The notes: generated from the letters alone by a model not told the origin. DNA of 64,000 nt from Squalus acanthias (GCA_030390025.1 CM059432.1:61072001-61136000); one strand, 5' to 3'. Shown: positions 1 to 10,817, counted from the stretch's first letter. Program-made: numbers and translations.

Positions 1-5
1 TGGAC

Positions 6-408
6 ATGAACACCATGTCCCCCATCCTGGGCGCCATGGCCCCCCGTCAACCCGCCGACATGGCGTCACAGTGCCACGCCCGGGCCACGGATGACTACTC
101 GGCACTCCTGGCCGAATTCCCGGCCCTTACCAATCCGACCTTCTTCGCGGAGGCCGCCAAACACGGGGTGGAACACTTCATCCCCACCACAGGCCCCCCA
201 GTGTACGCCCACGCCCGCAGGCTGGACCCGACCAAACTGGAGATCGCGCGGACCGAGTTTGCCACCATGGAACAGCTCGGCATCATCCGCCGCTCCAACA
301 GTCCCTGGGCCTCCCCACTCCACATCGCCCCCAAACCAGGCGGAGGTTGGCGCCCCTGCGGGGATTACCACCGCCTCAACGACGCCACCACCCCTGGTCG
401 GTACCCCG
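6..408 (+). pseudogene. Host Gypsy pol, N-terminal RT segment, cut by the nested insertion
   Basis: HGVEHFIPTTGPPV...SPWASPLH...CGDYHRLN; removing the insert and one TSD copy restores RYPVPHIQDF in frame. Confidence 0.9.
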
Positions 409-602
409 TGTGGTAACACAATACAGCTTCCTGTGACTCGAACTTTATTGCATCACTTCCTGTGATTAGTCCAGGATAAATACTGGACTGAGCAGTTGGA
501 TCCTGGAGAGGCATAGAGTAAGACCTCTTTTGTATGTAGCACCTTTTTAGTTGATTAAAGCTTACTTTAAGTTCACCACGCGTAAGGCTCATTCTTACGA
601 CA
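409..602 (+). repeat. 5' LTR (194 bp)
   Basis: TGTGGTAAC...TTACGACA; identical by eye to 4656-4849; ATTAAA at 554-559. Confidence 0.97.
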
Positions 603-603
603 A

Positions 604-614
604 TTTAATCAACT
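604..614 (+). promoter_or_regulatory. Non-tRNA primer-binding site, complementary to LTR positions 549-559 (putative self-primer)
   Basis: TTTAATCAACT is the exact reverse complement of AGTTGATTAAA (549-559); no TGG-type tRNA PBS follows the LTR. Confidence 0.75.
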
Positions 615-680
615 TTGAAAAACTTCGCACTCAAACTTTTTGGACGAACTCGGAACTAAGGACCCAGGGAATCACCCATC

Positions 681-3600
681 ATGGAAAACATCCTTAAACC
701 ATCGCGTCTTGACTTGGACCCAAACACCCCAGCAGCCGGTAAGGTGTGGAAACACTGGTATCGCACGTTTGACAATTTTCTCGAATATTGCAAGGCTGAT
801 GATGACACAAAGTTGCGGATACTCATCAACTGTGTCACTCCGAATGTATTTCAGTATGTTGAGGAATGGGGCAGTTACGAGGAGGCAATTCGGACGCTTA
901 AAAGACTATATACTAAGACACCGAATGAGGTCTATGCCAGACATCTACTAGCTACAGCCCAACAAGGGCCGGAGGAATCCATTGATAAATTCCTCCAAGA
1001 GCTTCGCAGACTTAGTATGGACTGTAACTTTCAGGCGGCCTCAGCTGAGCTGTACCGTGAAGAAATGATCCGTGATGCTTTCATCTGCGGGCTTGCCTCC
1101 CCATTTATACGCCAGCGTCTACTGGAAAGTAAGACACTTGAGCGTCAGAGAGCTTATGACATGGCTTGCTCTCTAGATCTGGCAAAAAGAAATGCAGACC
1201 TTTATACAGTGCCCAGACCTCGGTCTGCTGCCTTAACTACAGTCAGGCAATTTAAGAGGCCACAGGTGAACTCTATTAGGGAGGACTTTATTCCTGATGA
1301 TCAATCTGATGACTTCACTGATGAAGAGGATGATGACCCCACTGTGGCAGCCTCTTGGCAATCTAAGAAATGCTTCTTTTGTGGTGATGAGTTTCACCCT
1401 CGGAAATTCTGCCCTGCTCGCAATACGTTTTGCAGTCATTGCAACAAAAAGGGTCATTTTGCAAAGGTTTGCCTATCAAGAGCCTCTACGAGGGCTTATC
1501 AAGCTAAGTCCTACCGAACTGCCCCGGTAAGGGCCTATCAAGATGTTCCGGCTAAAATCTATCGTGCTTCCTCTCGGGTTTTCTCTCGAAGAAACACACC
1601 TAGAGTTTCAGCCACTCTTTGTGCAACGACACCAATTACAGCTGCTTGTCCTCAGAACCTATTCCATGCAGCTACAAAAGCATCAATTAATGGACATACT
1701 TTAGATGCCTTAATTGACTCAGGTAGCACTGATAGTTTCATTAGGGAACAGATTGTTGCAGAGTTAAAGCTACATGTTTTCCCATCGGACCAGGCAATTG
1801 CGATGGCTCAGTCATCACTTAATACCAGAATTTCTGGCTTTTGTATGGTTGAAATAACACTTAATGGTCACAGGTATCCCTCCACCCGGCTTTCGGTGCT
1901 CAAGGACTTATGTAGTGATCTTATCTTAGGGCTGGATTTTCAAAAGCAGCATAAGAAGCTCACCATTGAGTTCGGCGGATCCAAACCTGAACTCACTATT
2001 TCTAATATACAACCTCGATTACCGTTCTGTGCATTGTCAGCAGCTTCACTGGACGAACCCTCACTGTTTACCAGTATCCCTCCTCGATGCAAACCGATTA
2101 TAACAAAGTCACGACGTTTCAGTCAGGAAGACCAGTCTTTTATTGCGGCTGAGATTTCTCGGCTTTTAGCAGAGGATATCATCGAGCCTTGTTCGTCGCC
2201 ATGGCGCGCCCAGGTCGTTATTGTTAAGAACCCTCTACAACCTCACAAGAAACGGCTGTGCATTGACTATTCACAGACCATCAATCAATATACGGACTTG
2301 GACGCATACCCATTGCCGCGCATCGATGATATGGTTAATAAACTGGCTGAGTACACGGTGTTCTCAACATATGATCTGAAAAGTGCCTATCATCAGGTAC
2401 CCTTGAAGGTCTCAGACAAGCAGTATACGGCCTTTGAAGCCAATGGACGGCTGTATCAATTTCGTCGCCTCCCCTTTGGGGTCACTAATGGAGTGGCTGT
2501 CTTCCAGCGAGCAATGGATGACCTGGTCAAACAGGAAGACTTGAAGGATACGTTTCCTTATCTGGACAATATTACTGTCGCAGGTCGCAATCAGCGGGAA
2601 CATGACGCCAATCTCCAACGATTTTGGGATGCACTCCAGCACCGTAATTTGACATTAAATGCGGCTAAATCCATTGAGTCACAACCAACCATCAACATCC
2701 TTGGCTATTGTGTGGGCAATGGCATCATTAAACCTGACCCTGAAAGGCTTCGCCCACTCCAAGAGCTCCCGCCACCTAAGAATCCGGCCTCCTTGCGCCG
2801 GGCCCTCGGCCTGTTTGCATACTATGCTAAATGGATTCCTAACTTCTCGGACCGAATCCAACCTCTACTGAAGGCCAGCACATTCCCACTAGACACAGCG
2901 GCTGTTGCAGCCTTTAACCTCCTGAAAAAACAGTTGGAGAAAGCGGCTCTTCACTCCATCGATGAGAGTCTTCCTTTTGTTGTTGAGTGTGATGCCTCGG
3001 AGGTGGCGATCTCGGCCACTCTGAATCAGGAAGGTCGTCCGGTGGCATTTTTGTCCAGGACTTTTCAAGGGGCTGAGCTACATTATCCTCCAGTCGAGAA
3101 AGAAGCTACAGCCATCATAGAGGCAGTATGGAAGTGGACTCATCTCCTAGCTCGCCAGCACTTTACCTTAATCACGGACCAGCGATCGGTCGCCTTCATG
3201 CTCGATAATCGAAAACGGACCAAAATTAAAAATAATAAAATCCAGCTTTGGCGGCTGGAATTGGCCTCTTTTGGTTACACCATCCACTATCGACCTGGCA
3301 AGGAGAATGTGGCTCCGGATACCCTCACACGAGCATTCTGCTCCGCCATGGCACCCTCTACGCTCGTAGACATCCATGATGGGTTGTGTCATCCGGGCGT
3401 TACTCGCATGCTACACTTCGTGCGGTCCCGAAATCTCCCATTCTCTACCGGGGATGTAAAGAAGATGTGCTCGGACTGCAGAGTCTGTGCGGAATTGAAA
3501 CCTCAGTTTTTCCGCCCCTCGGGTGGTATACTCATACATGCGACCCAGCCAATGCAACGGCTTAGCATCGATTTTAAGGGGCCGTTGCCCTCTTCAACTC

Positions 3601-4637
3601 GCAACACTTATCTATTGACCATGGTCGATGAGTATTCCCGTTTTCCGTTTGCCTTTCCCTGCCCCAATATGCTGACGACCACGGTTATCAGCTGCCTTGA
3701 GCAGGTATTTGCTTTCTGTGGCATGGCATCCTATGTTCATTCGGATCGGGGCCCTTCTTTTATGTCAGGAGAACTCAAGGCCTATCTCTCGGAACGGGGT
3801 ATTGCTGCCAGCAGAACGACGCCTTATCATCCGGTCGGGAATGGGCAAGTCGAGCGTTTTAACGCTATCATCTGGAATGCGGTACGTCTGGCTTTGAGAT
3901 CTCGGGGCCTACCCAACCAGCAATGGGAAGCAGTACTTCCAGACGCATTACACTCCACACGGTCCCTCCTTTCGACCGCCACAAATACGACGCCTCATGA
4001 ACGGTTCTTCCGATTTCAGCGTCGCTCATCCTATGGGATATCTCTCCCGTCGTGGCTGACTGCACCGGGACCAGTGCTACTCCGAAGATATGTTCGGGCG
4101 TCTAAGAATGACCCCCTGGTAGATGAGGTTGAGCTCACTGACGTCAACCCTACCTACGTCTATATTCGGTATCCTGACGGTCGGGAATCTACCGTGTCAT
4201 TGCGGGATCTGGCTCCCTGCCCGCCGAAACATAGAGGGACACCAGGGGATGATATTGTACCAGGCACATCTCTGGGCTCGCCAGGTGCCTCTCATCACGA
4301 TCTGGATCTGACGCCGGCTGGTACCTCACTCCAGCGTGCCGACCTGGGGCAGACTGACTATGAGCCCGTCGGGGCTCGCACGCGCAGCCATGATCCACCC
4401 CGTACCATACGCTCGGAAACGGATCTGCCACAGCCCTGCCCGACACCCGTTCGGGCACCAGTACTCAGTCAGGATCGTCCTGACCCCTCACAGAGCGGGC
4501 TGGATCACTCGGACTCTGGTCCACGGCCCGTGGCGGGTAAACGGGCTAGGGGCCCTCTACCGCTACGAGAACCCAAACGGGTGCGGCTCTCCCTCGTCCG
4601 GCGGCTACGAAATGGAGGGAGCATCCCGGCCTCCTAA
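681..4637 (+). CDS. Single-ORF Gag-Pol polyprotein, 1318 aa (gag, zinc knuckles, protease, RT, RNase H, integrase)
   Basis: Knuckles CFFCGDEFHPRKFC and CSHCNKKGHFAKVC; protease LIDSGS; RT YDLKSAYHQ, LPFG, YLDN; RNase H ECDAS; integrase HHCC (IHDGLCHPG...CRVC) and DDE (IDFKG, SDRG, VERFN). RT-RH-IN order is Gypsy. Confidence 0.96.
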   Translation: MENILKPSRLDLDPNTPAAGKVWKHWYRTFDNFLEYCKADDDTKLRILINCVTPNVFQYVEEWGSYEEAIRTLKRLYTKTPNEVYARHLLATAQQGPEESIDKFLQELRRLSMDCNFQAASAELYREEMIRDAFICGLASPFIRQRLLESKTLERQRAYDMACSLDLAKRNADLYTVPRPRSAALTTVRQFKRPQVNSIREDFIPDDQSDDFTDEEDDDPTVAASWQSKKCFFCGDEFHPRKFCPARNTFCSHCNKKGHFAKVCLSRASTRAYQAKSYRTAPVRAYQDVPAKIYRASSRVFSRRNTPRVSATLCATTPITAACPQNLFHAATKASINGHTLDALIDSGSTDSFIREQIVAELKLHVFPSDQAIAMAQSSLNTRISGFCMVEITLNGHRYPSTRLSVLKDLCSDLILGLDFQKQHKKLTIEFGGSKPELTISNIQPRLPFCALSAASLDEPSLFTSIPPRCKPIITKSRRFSQEDQSFIAAEISRLLAEDIIEPCSSPWRAQVVIVKNPLQPHKKRLCIDYSQTINQYTDLDAYPLPRIDDMVNKLAEYTVFSTYDLKSAYHQVPLKVSDKQYTAFEANGRLYQFRRLPFGVTNGVAVFQRAMDDLVKQEDLKDTFPYLDNITVAGRNQREHDANLQRFWDALQHRNLTLNAAKSIESQPTINILGYCVGNGIIKPDPERLRPLQELPPPKNPASLRRALGLFAYYAKWIPNFSDRIQPLLKASTFPLDTAAVAAFNLLKKQLEKAALHSIDESLPFVVECDASEVAISATLNQEGRPVAFLSRTFQGAELHYPPVEKEATAIIEAVWKWTHLLARQHFTLITDQRSVAFMLDNRKRTKIKNNKIQLWRLELASFGYTIHYRPGKENVAPDTLTRAFCSAMAPSTLVDIHDGLCHPGVTRMLHFVRSRNLPFSTGDVKKMCSDCRVCAELKPQFFRPSGGILIHATQPMQRLSIDFKGPLPSSTRNTYLLTMVDEYSRFPFAFPCPNMLTTTVISCLEQVFAFCGMASYVHSDRGPSFMSGELKAYLSERGIAASRTTPYHPVGNGQVERFNAIIWNAVRLALRSRGLPNQQWEAVLPDALHSTRSLLSTATNTTPHERFFRFQRRSSYGISLPSWLTAPGPVLLRRYVRASKNDPLVDEVELTDVNPTYVYIRYPDGRESTVSLRDLAPCPPKHRGTPGDDIVPGTSLGSPGASHHDLDLTPAGTSLQRADLGQTDYEPVGARTRSHDPPRTIRSETDLPQPCPTPVRAPVLSQDRPDPSQSGLDHSDSGPRPVAGKRARGPLPLREPKRVRLSLVRRLRNGGSIPAS

Positions 4638-4643
4638 TCTTTT

Positions 4644-4655
4644 GGGGGGGGAGAA
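4644..4655 (+). promoter_or_regulatory. Polypurine tract
   Basis: G-run followed by AGAA, directly 5' of the 3' LTR. Confidence 0.85.
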
Positions 4656-4849
4656 TGTGGTAACACAATACAGCTTCCTGTGACTCGAACTTTATTGCAT
4701 CACTTCCTGTGATTAGTCCAGGATAAATACTGGACTGAGCAGTTGGATCCTGGAGAGGCATAGAGTAAGACCTCTTTTGTATGTAGCACCTTTTTAGTTG
4801 ATTAAAGCTTACTTTAAGTTCACCACGCGTAAGGCTCATTCTTACGACA
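4656..4849 (+). repeat. 3' LTR (194 bp)
   Basis: Identical to 409-602 and followed by TSD CCCCG. Confidence 0.97.
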
Positions 4850-4854
4850 CCCCG

Positions 4855-7197
4855 TGCCGCACATTCAGGACTTCTCGGCTAGACTGGCCGGCCGCTCAGT
4901 CTTTTCCAAGGTCGACCTGGTGCGCGGCTACCACCAAGTCCCCATCCACCCTGCGGACGTCCCCAAGACGGCCGTAATCACCCACTTCGGCCTGTTCGAG
5001 TTCCTGCAGATGCCCTTCAGCCTCAAAAACGTGGCCCAGGCATTCCAACGGCTCATGAACTCGGTCCTTCGGGACCTGAAGTTCCTGTTTGTCTACCTGG
5101 ACGACATCCTGGTAGCCAGTTCCTCCAAGCAGGAACACCTCGAACACCTTCGCATCCTGTTCGGGCGCCTCAGCGACCACGGGCTCATCCTCAGCCCAGC
5201 CAAATGCCAGTTCGGCCTGGACAAGATCGACTTCCTCGGCCACCACATCACCCATGCTGGGGCCATTCCCCTGCCCACCAAGGTGCAGGCTGTCCAACAA
5301 TTTCCCTGCCCCACCACCATCAAAGGCCTCCAGGAGTTCCTCGGGATGGTGAATTTCTATAACCGCTTCATCCCCAAAGCGGCGTCCCTCATGAGGCCCC
5401 TGTATGAAGCCCCTGTATGAAGCCCTCCGGGGCAGGAGCGGAAAGATGGCGGTCGAATGGACGGCAGACGCGTCCGCCGCCTTCGACTCCACCAAGACCG
5501 CGCTCGCCAACGCCACCCTGCTCGCGCACCCACGGCCCAATGCCAGGGTAGCGCTCACCACGGACGCCTCTGACCACGCGGTCGGCGCCGTGTATGAGCA
5601 GTGGGTCGACGGCGCCTGGCAACCACTTGCCTTCTTCAGCCACCAACTACGCCCCCCGGAGGTCAAGTACAGCACCTTCGACCGTGAGCTCCTCGCGCTG
5701 TTCCTGGCGGTCCGCCATTTCCGGTTTTTGCTTGAGGGCCCCCCCTTCACTGCGTTTGTCGACCACAAGCCCCTGACATTCGCAATAGCAAAGACAACCG
5801 ACCCCTGGTCCACCAGGCAGCAGCGCCAGCTCGCGGCAGTGTCCGAGTTCACCACGGACATCCAACACGTCTCCGGCCGAGACAATGTGGTAGCCAACTG
5901 CCTCTCCCGCCCCGCCATCCACGCCGCACACCTGGCAGTCGACTACGCTCAACTCGCAGCAGACCAGATCACCGACCCTGATCTGCTCTCCGCACCCACC
6001 AACCTACCAGGGCTACGCCTGGCCGACGTCGCCTGTGGCCCGACCGCAGTCAAGGTCAAGTGCGACATATCCCTATGTCAACCTCGGCCCGTCGTCCCAG
6101 CGTCCTGGCGCCGCCGGGTATTCGACATTCTCCACAACCTCTCCCACCCCGGCGCCCGCGCATCCATCAAATTGGTAGCCAACCGCTTCGTCTGGCGCGG
6201 CCTTCGCAAGGATGTGCGTACTTGGGCTAACTCCTGCCTAGCCTGCCAATGGGCCAAGGTACAGCAACACACGAAAGCACCCCTCGAGGAGTTTACCGTC
6301 CCCTCGCGGAGATTCGACCACATCCACGTGGACATCGTCGGGCCCCTGCCGCCGTCGCAATGCCACACGCACTTGCTGACCATCGTTGACCGCACCACAC
6401 GCTGGCCCGAGGCAATTCCACTGACCTCTACCACCACCGCCGACATCGCCAGAGCCTTCGTCAGCACCTGGGTCGCACGGTTCGGCGTCCCCTCCGACAT
6501 GACGTCGGACAGAGGTCCACAATTTACCTCTGAACTCTGGACCGCCGTCGCACGCAATCTCGGGGTGACCATTCACCGCACCACAGCGTACCACCCCCAA
6601 GCCAATGGACTGTGTGAGCGGTTCCACAGATCCTTGAAGGCATCTCTTCGAGGCAGCCTCCAGGACGGCGCCTGGACCGACCGACTTCCGTGGGTCCTTC
6701 TCGGCCTGCGCACCGTGGTTAAAGAAGACCTCCACGCATCGGCAGCAGAGCTCGTGTACGGTCAGCTGCTGCGCGTACCCGGCAAGTTCCTGCCCACCGC
6801 CACGACACCCTGGTCAGCCGACCAGCAACGCCACGACTTCGCCTCACCGGCGCTGCAGTTCGCCCCGGTGCCCATTGCCCGACACGGCGAAACCCACCGC
6901 GGACCCCTTCAACCCCCGTACGACGGGCCCTACAAGGTGCTACAGGCTGGGGACAAATTTTTCACCCTGCAAGTGGGCGACAGGACCGAAAAAGTGTCGG
7001 TTGACCGACTCAAGCCAGCACACTCGGAGCCCGGTGAGCAGGTCCCTGTAGCTCTTCCACCTCCACGCGGCCGACCTGCCCTCAAGCCGGTTCACCTGGC
7101 TGCTCCACGCCCGGCCGTTCCACGTCCACCGGCATCCTACAAGAGCCGCTCCGGCCGGCCCATCAGACCGCCGCACCGTCTCGTCCACACCTCCTAA
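4855..7197 (+). pseudogene. Host Gypsy pol remainder (RT, RNase H, integrase), frameshifted
   Basis: ORFs 4854-5420 and 5404-7197 are offset by a 13-bp tandem duplication GCCCCTGTATGAA (5396-5408 and 5409-5421). Confidence 0.9.
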
Positions 7198-7217
7198 GTG
7201 GATTCTGGGGGGAGCTG

Positions 7218-7458
7218 TGTGGCGGATCGCCACCTAAACGGGCATTATCCACTCTTCCGTCCGTGGACAATATATCGAGCACCTTCCCTTTAAGGCACCT
7301 TACCTTTAAGGCAGGAGTGGGCGGGGCCTCAGGATTTTTCCAGAGAATTCTGGGAGCTTGCTGTTCAGCCATTTTGTACCATGCAGTGGTATTAAAAAAG
7401 TCTCTTGTTTTCCGCACATGGATTCAGCCTTAATTCGTGTTTCGTGGCAGCCTCAACA
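7218..7458 (+). repeat. Putative 3' LTR of the host Gypsy
   Basis: Follows PPT GGGGGGAG (7207-7214); TGTGGCGG...CCTCAACA ends; ATTAAA at 7391. The partner LTR is outside the window, so boundaries are approximate. Confidence 0.6.
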
Positions 7459-8407
7459 AGCTAGCAATATATAGGTCTGAAATATACAGTTGCCGATTTT
7501 CTTGTTCCCCAACCCACACCTGCGTGTCATGCAGACAGTGTGCTCTGCCTGGAACAACAGGAGCCTGCCTCCATTTCTGGGCTTATGTTATTATCGTAAC
7601 CCCAAAATGGCAGCCAGAAGGTTTCCATGCCAAGGAAAAGATGCCACTTATCCTTTTGAACCTCCGTAGCCTTGCTATTTGCCCGCCCCCCGTCAGATTC
7701 TGCACTCTGTGAGAGGCAGGTACAAGACTGACCTCTAACTTCTTCTAGAATTGCTCCAGAAATTAACCCCAGTGCTTTGTTTGCATTTTTTATGGCCTTG
7801 TTAACCTACGTTGCTGCTATTAATGATTTGAGAATATGTACCCCTAGATCTCTTTGCTCCTTATCCAATTTAGACTCTTGGGGGGCGATGTTCCCAGCCC
7901 CGAGAAGGCATGTTTGGAGGCGGGACAGTTGGCAAAAATTGCAAAAAGTGAGGGTGGGTTCGGAACCCGCCTTCAACCCACCTCCGCGCAATTTTGCCGA
8001 AGGTGGGTTAGATGGGTGCAATTCGGTCCCGCGTCCATCAGTCGGGAGAGGTAGTTAAGACCCTTAAATAGTCGTAAGGGCCTCTATAATCCTATTTTGA
8101 CAGGCCTTTGTTATTTTGCCACATTTTGTGCGTTTTGCACAACCCTCCTAAACCACGCCAGCTGATCCTGGCGGGTTGACAAGTGGGTGGCCTCCTCACA
8201 GCTGCAGCTCCACCATTAAGACGGAGCTTTCATCAGGGATTAGTTGCAGGTAGCAGAACTTTTGTTCCACAGGTCTTTCAGCACTTTTAGCAGGCCTACG
8301 GAAGTCGGAGGTGCTGCAGCTTCTATCTCTGAACTGTGGGCCCTCCTTGGAAGACCCTCTCCCCTCTTGGACTGAGTGCTTCCCCAACGGAGGTATCTGC
8401 CAGCAGC

Positions 8408-9578
8408 ATGGGAATCATTTATTTCCTTTCATCATGGACCTCAAATTTGGATGAGGAGCAGCCAAGGCAGCAGCAGAACCAGGCAGCTCAGCAGCAACAG
8501 CAGCAGGAGCGCCAACCTCCTGCTCACCCACCTGATGCTGCACAGGGCAGAAGGCGCCAGCGCATGGAAGCACGTCGCCGCTGGAGATACCGCCCTCTTA
8601 GGGTTTACAGACAGTGGATGAGCTACCTCAACGTGAGTGAGCAGCAGTGCCAAAGGAGGCTGAGACTTTCGCGAGAGGTTGTCGGAGACATCTGCGCACT
8701 GCTGCACCAACACCTGGAGCCCAGAGGAGCGGGTGGACACCCCTTACCAGTGGCTGTCAAAGTCACCACCGCACTCAACTTTTTTGCCTCAGGCTCCTTC
8801 CAGGGATCATCAGCAGACATCAGCGGCATCTCTCAGTCAGCCGCCCACAGTTGCATCACGCAGGTTACCGATGCCCTTTTCGCAAAGGCGCACAATTACA
8901 TCCACTTCTCAAGGGATCAAGCAAGTGTCACCGCACGTTCGCTTGGCTTTGCAAATATGGCAGGCTTGCCAATGGTGTAGGGCGTCATAGACTGCACACA
9001 TGTGGCCCTTAGTGCACCCCATCACAACCCAGCTATCTTTGTCACAAGAGGAGTTTTTGCATGTTTGCTCCAAATTCTGTGGTAGTTGCCATGACTCTTT
9101 CATCCTGCGGAACTCTAGTGTTGCTCCGCTCTTCAATCCGCCAAACCAACTTAACAGATGGCTCCTTGGTGACAAGGGCTACCCCCTGAAGAAGTGGTTA
9201 ATGACACCGATCAGGAGGCCAGCTAACGAGGCTGAGGAGCGCTACAACGCCAGCCACATTTTAACCAGGTCCATCATCAAGCAAACCATTGGCTTGCTGA
9301 AGATGCGATTCCAGTGCCTTAACAGATCAGGTGGAGCCCTGGAGTATTCAACAGCCAGGGTCTCCAGAATGGTCGTGGTCTGCTGTGCACTGCACAACAT
9401 GGCACTGTATCGTGGCTTGCAGCTTCCTGATGAGCAAGTGGCTCAGTTCATACCCTCCTCAGATGAGGAGGAGGAGGAGGACCGAGCGGTGGCGTATCTA
9501 CCAGCAGCAGCGGCAGCATGCGAGCACATGGCTGCCCGTGATGCAAGGGATGCACTCATCCTGGCCAGATTTGCATAG
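8408..9578 (+). pseudogene. Harbinger DDE transposase (HARBI1-like), disrupted
   Basis: [11 protein letters not shown]...[40 protein letters not shown]; in-frame TAG at 8978-8980 and a deletion/frameshift near 9030-9060. Confidence 0.9.
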
Positions 9579-9819
9579 GTTGCCCATTGTGGCACATGTG
9601 CTTGGCTCCTTCTTAACACATGATAGACAATGGACATGACTCTCTGGCCTCCTTTCAGTCTGACCACCAACCTGACCACGCAAGTGTCACGGAGCCCGCA
9701 ATGTGGAGCTGCCTAAGCTGAAATAACATGTGCCATCACGCCAACAGTTTGCCATTACCTAATTTTAATATATTCACACAGGGATGGCATTTCATCAATA
9801 AACAGAAACAATCACCCAA

Positions 9820-10005
9820 TCTGCACACAGATCTGGAGGTTATATCCCTTGCCAGCTGGACCCACACAGCCTTGGTTTCTTTGGGAGGCCTCTTCCTCCC
9901 AGATGAGGGGAAGAGCACCTCCCTGCTAGCTCTCGCCCCCTCAACCAGCATACCCAGTGCCTCATCCGAGAACCTCGGGGAGGCCCTTGCCTTGGAGCTG
10001 GCCAT
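9820..10005 (-). pseudogene. Harbinger Myb/SANT-like partner gene, truncated exon 1
   Basis: MASSKARASPRFSDEALGMLVEG...EVLFPSSGRKRPP...W, homologous to the copies at 13674 and 52933. Confidence 0.85.
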
Positions 10006-10817
10006 TCTTCAAGGAGATAAAAGTTTGGAGGTGGTGCAGCATCGACCAAAAACCAGTGGAATGAGCCAAGGCAGCAAGCAGCCCTTAAATGAAGCTGGAT
10101 AAGTGACGTCAGCAGAGGTAAGTTTCAGTCCCAAAAGACTAATTGGCCCAGGGGAACCCACACCTCTGAAATTAACTGGCCAATTAGGGGAAAATCGCAA
10201 ATTTTTCCCACCCGACAGTGGAGGCGGGTTTGGAACCCACCCAAACCGAAACCCGCCTCCAATGGGAAAATCGCCCCCTTATTTTCCAAGGAATGTGTGG
10301 CTTCCATATTTCTCAGACCAAAATGCACCACCTCATACTTAGCTATATTGAAATTAATTTGTCATTTACAAAGAAAGAAAGAAAATTAGGAAGCCTGAAA
10401 AGCCATCTTCCAATAGCAAAGTACTCCAAATTTACTTCAAACTGATAAGATTTTTAAAAACAAAATAGTGCAGATGCTAGAAATCTGAACGCAAAAACAG
10501 AAACACATTTCCTGGGATTGGGAAGGGTGCGGGTTGGTGTTTGGGATGAGCGCCGTCCTGTCGGAATATTACCAGTGGAATGGTTTGAACCCTTGGTTGA
10601 CCTGCTATTTTTTTTTCTTCTTACAACAGAATCCTGGGACACTGGACCCTGCTGATTTTTCATGCTTTTCTTTCTACCTATTCCCCTTTAACTTTGAATT
10701 CACTTTGCTTCCAATTTCCACCCTTCCCTCACCTTCACATGGTCCATCTCCGACTCTTCCCTTCCCTTCCTTGACTTCTCTGTCTCCATTTCTGGGGATA
10801 GGCTATTGACAAACATT

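Larger units (their letters stand above)
409..4849 (+). mobile_element. Intact, very young Ty3/Gypsy LTR retrotransposon (4441 bp)
   Basis: Two 194-bp TG...CA LTRs, 5-bp TSD CCCCG (404-408 and 4850-4854), one uninterrupted gag-pol ORF, PPT before the 3' LTR. Confidence 0.97.
1..7458 (+). mobile_element. Host Ty3/Gypsy LTR retrotransposon, CsRn1/Kabuki-like; 5' part lies outside the window; interrupted by a nested element at 409-4849
   Basis: Pol peptide SPWASPLH...WRPCGDYHRLN...RYPV (ORF 6-416) resumes as PHIQDF...YLDD (ORF 4854-5420), then RNase H (TTDASD) and integrase (HVDIVG, SDRG, CERFH, PYDGPY) in ORF 5404-7197; followed by a PPT and a 3' LTR. Clade assigned from motif recall. Confidence 0.9.
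7881..10278 (+). mobile_element. PIF/Harbinger DNA transposon, internally deleted (about 2.4 kb), inserted into an old CR1 fragment
   Basis: TIRs GGGGGCGATGTTCCCA and GGGGGCGATTTTCCCA (16 bp, 1 mismatch); 3-bp TSD reads TTG/TTA, or CTT if the ends are shifted by one base; transposase on +, Myb exon 1 on -. Confidence 0.9.

Noticed and set aside
4896..6735. Long minus-strand ORFs (340, 164 and 165 aa) opposite the host Gypsy pol
   Set aside because: Shadow ORFs expected on the antisense strand of GC-rich coding DNA; no motifs.
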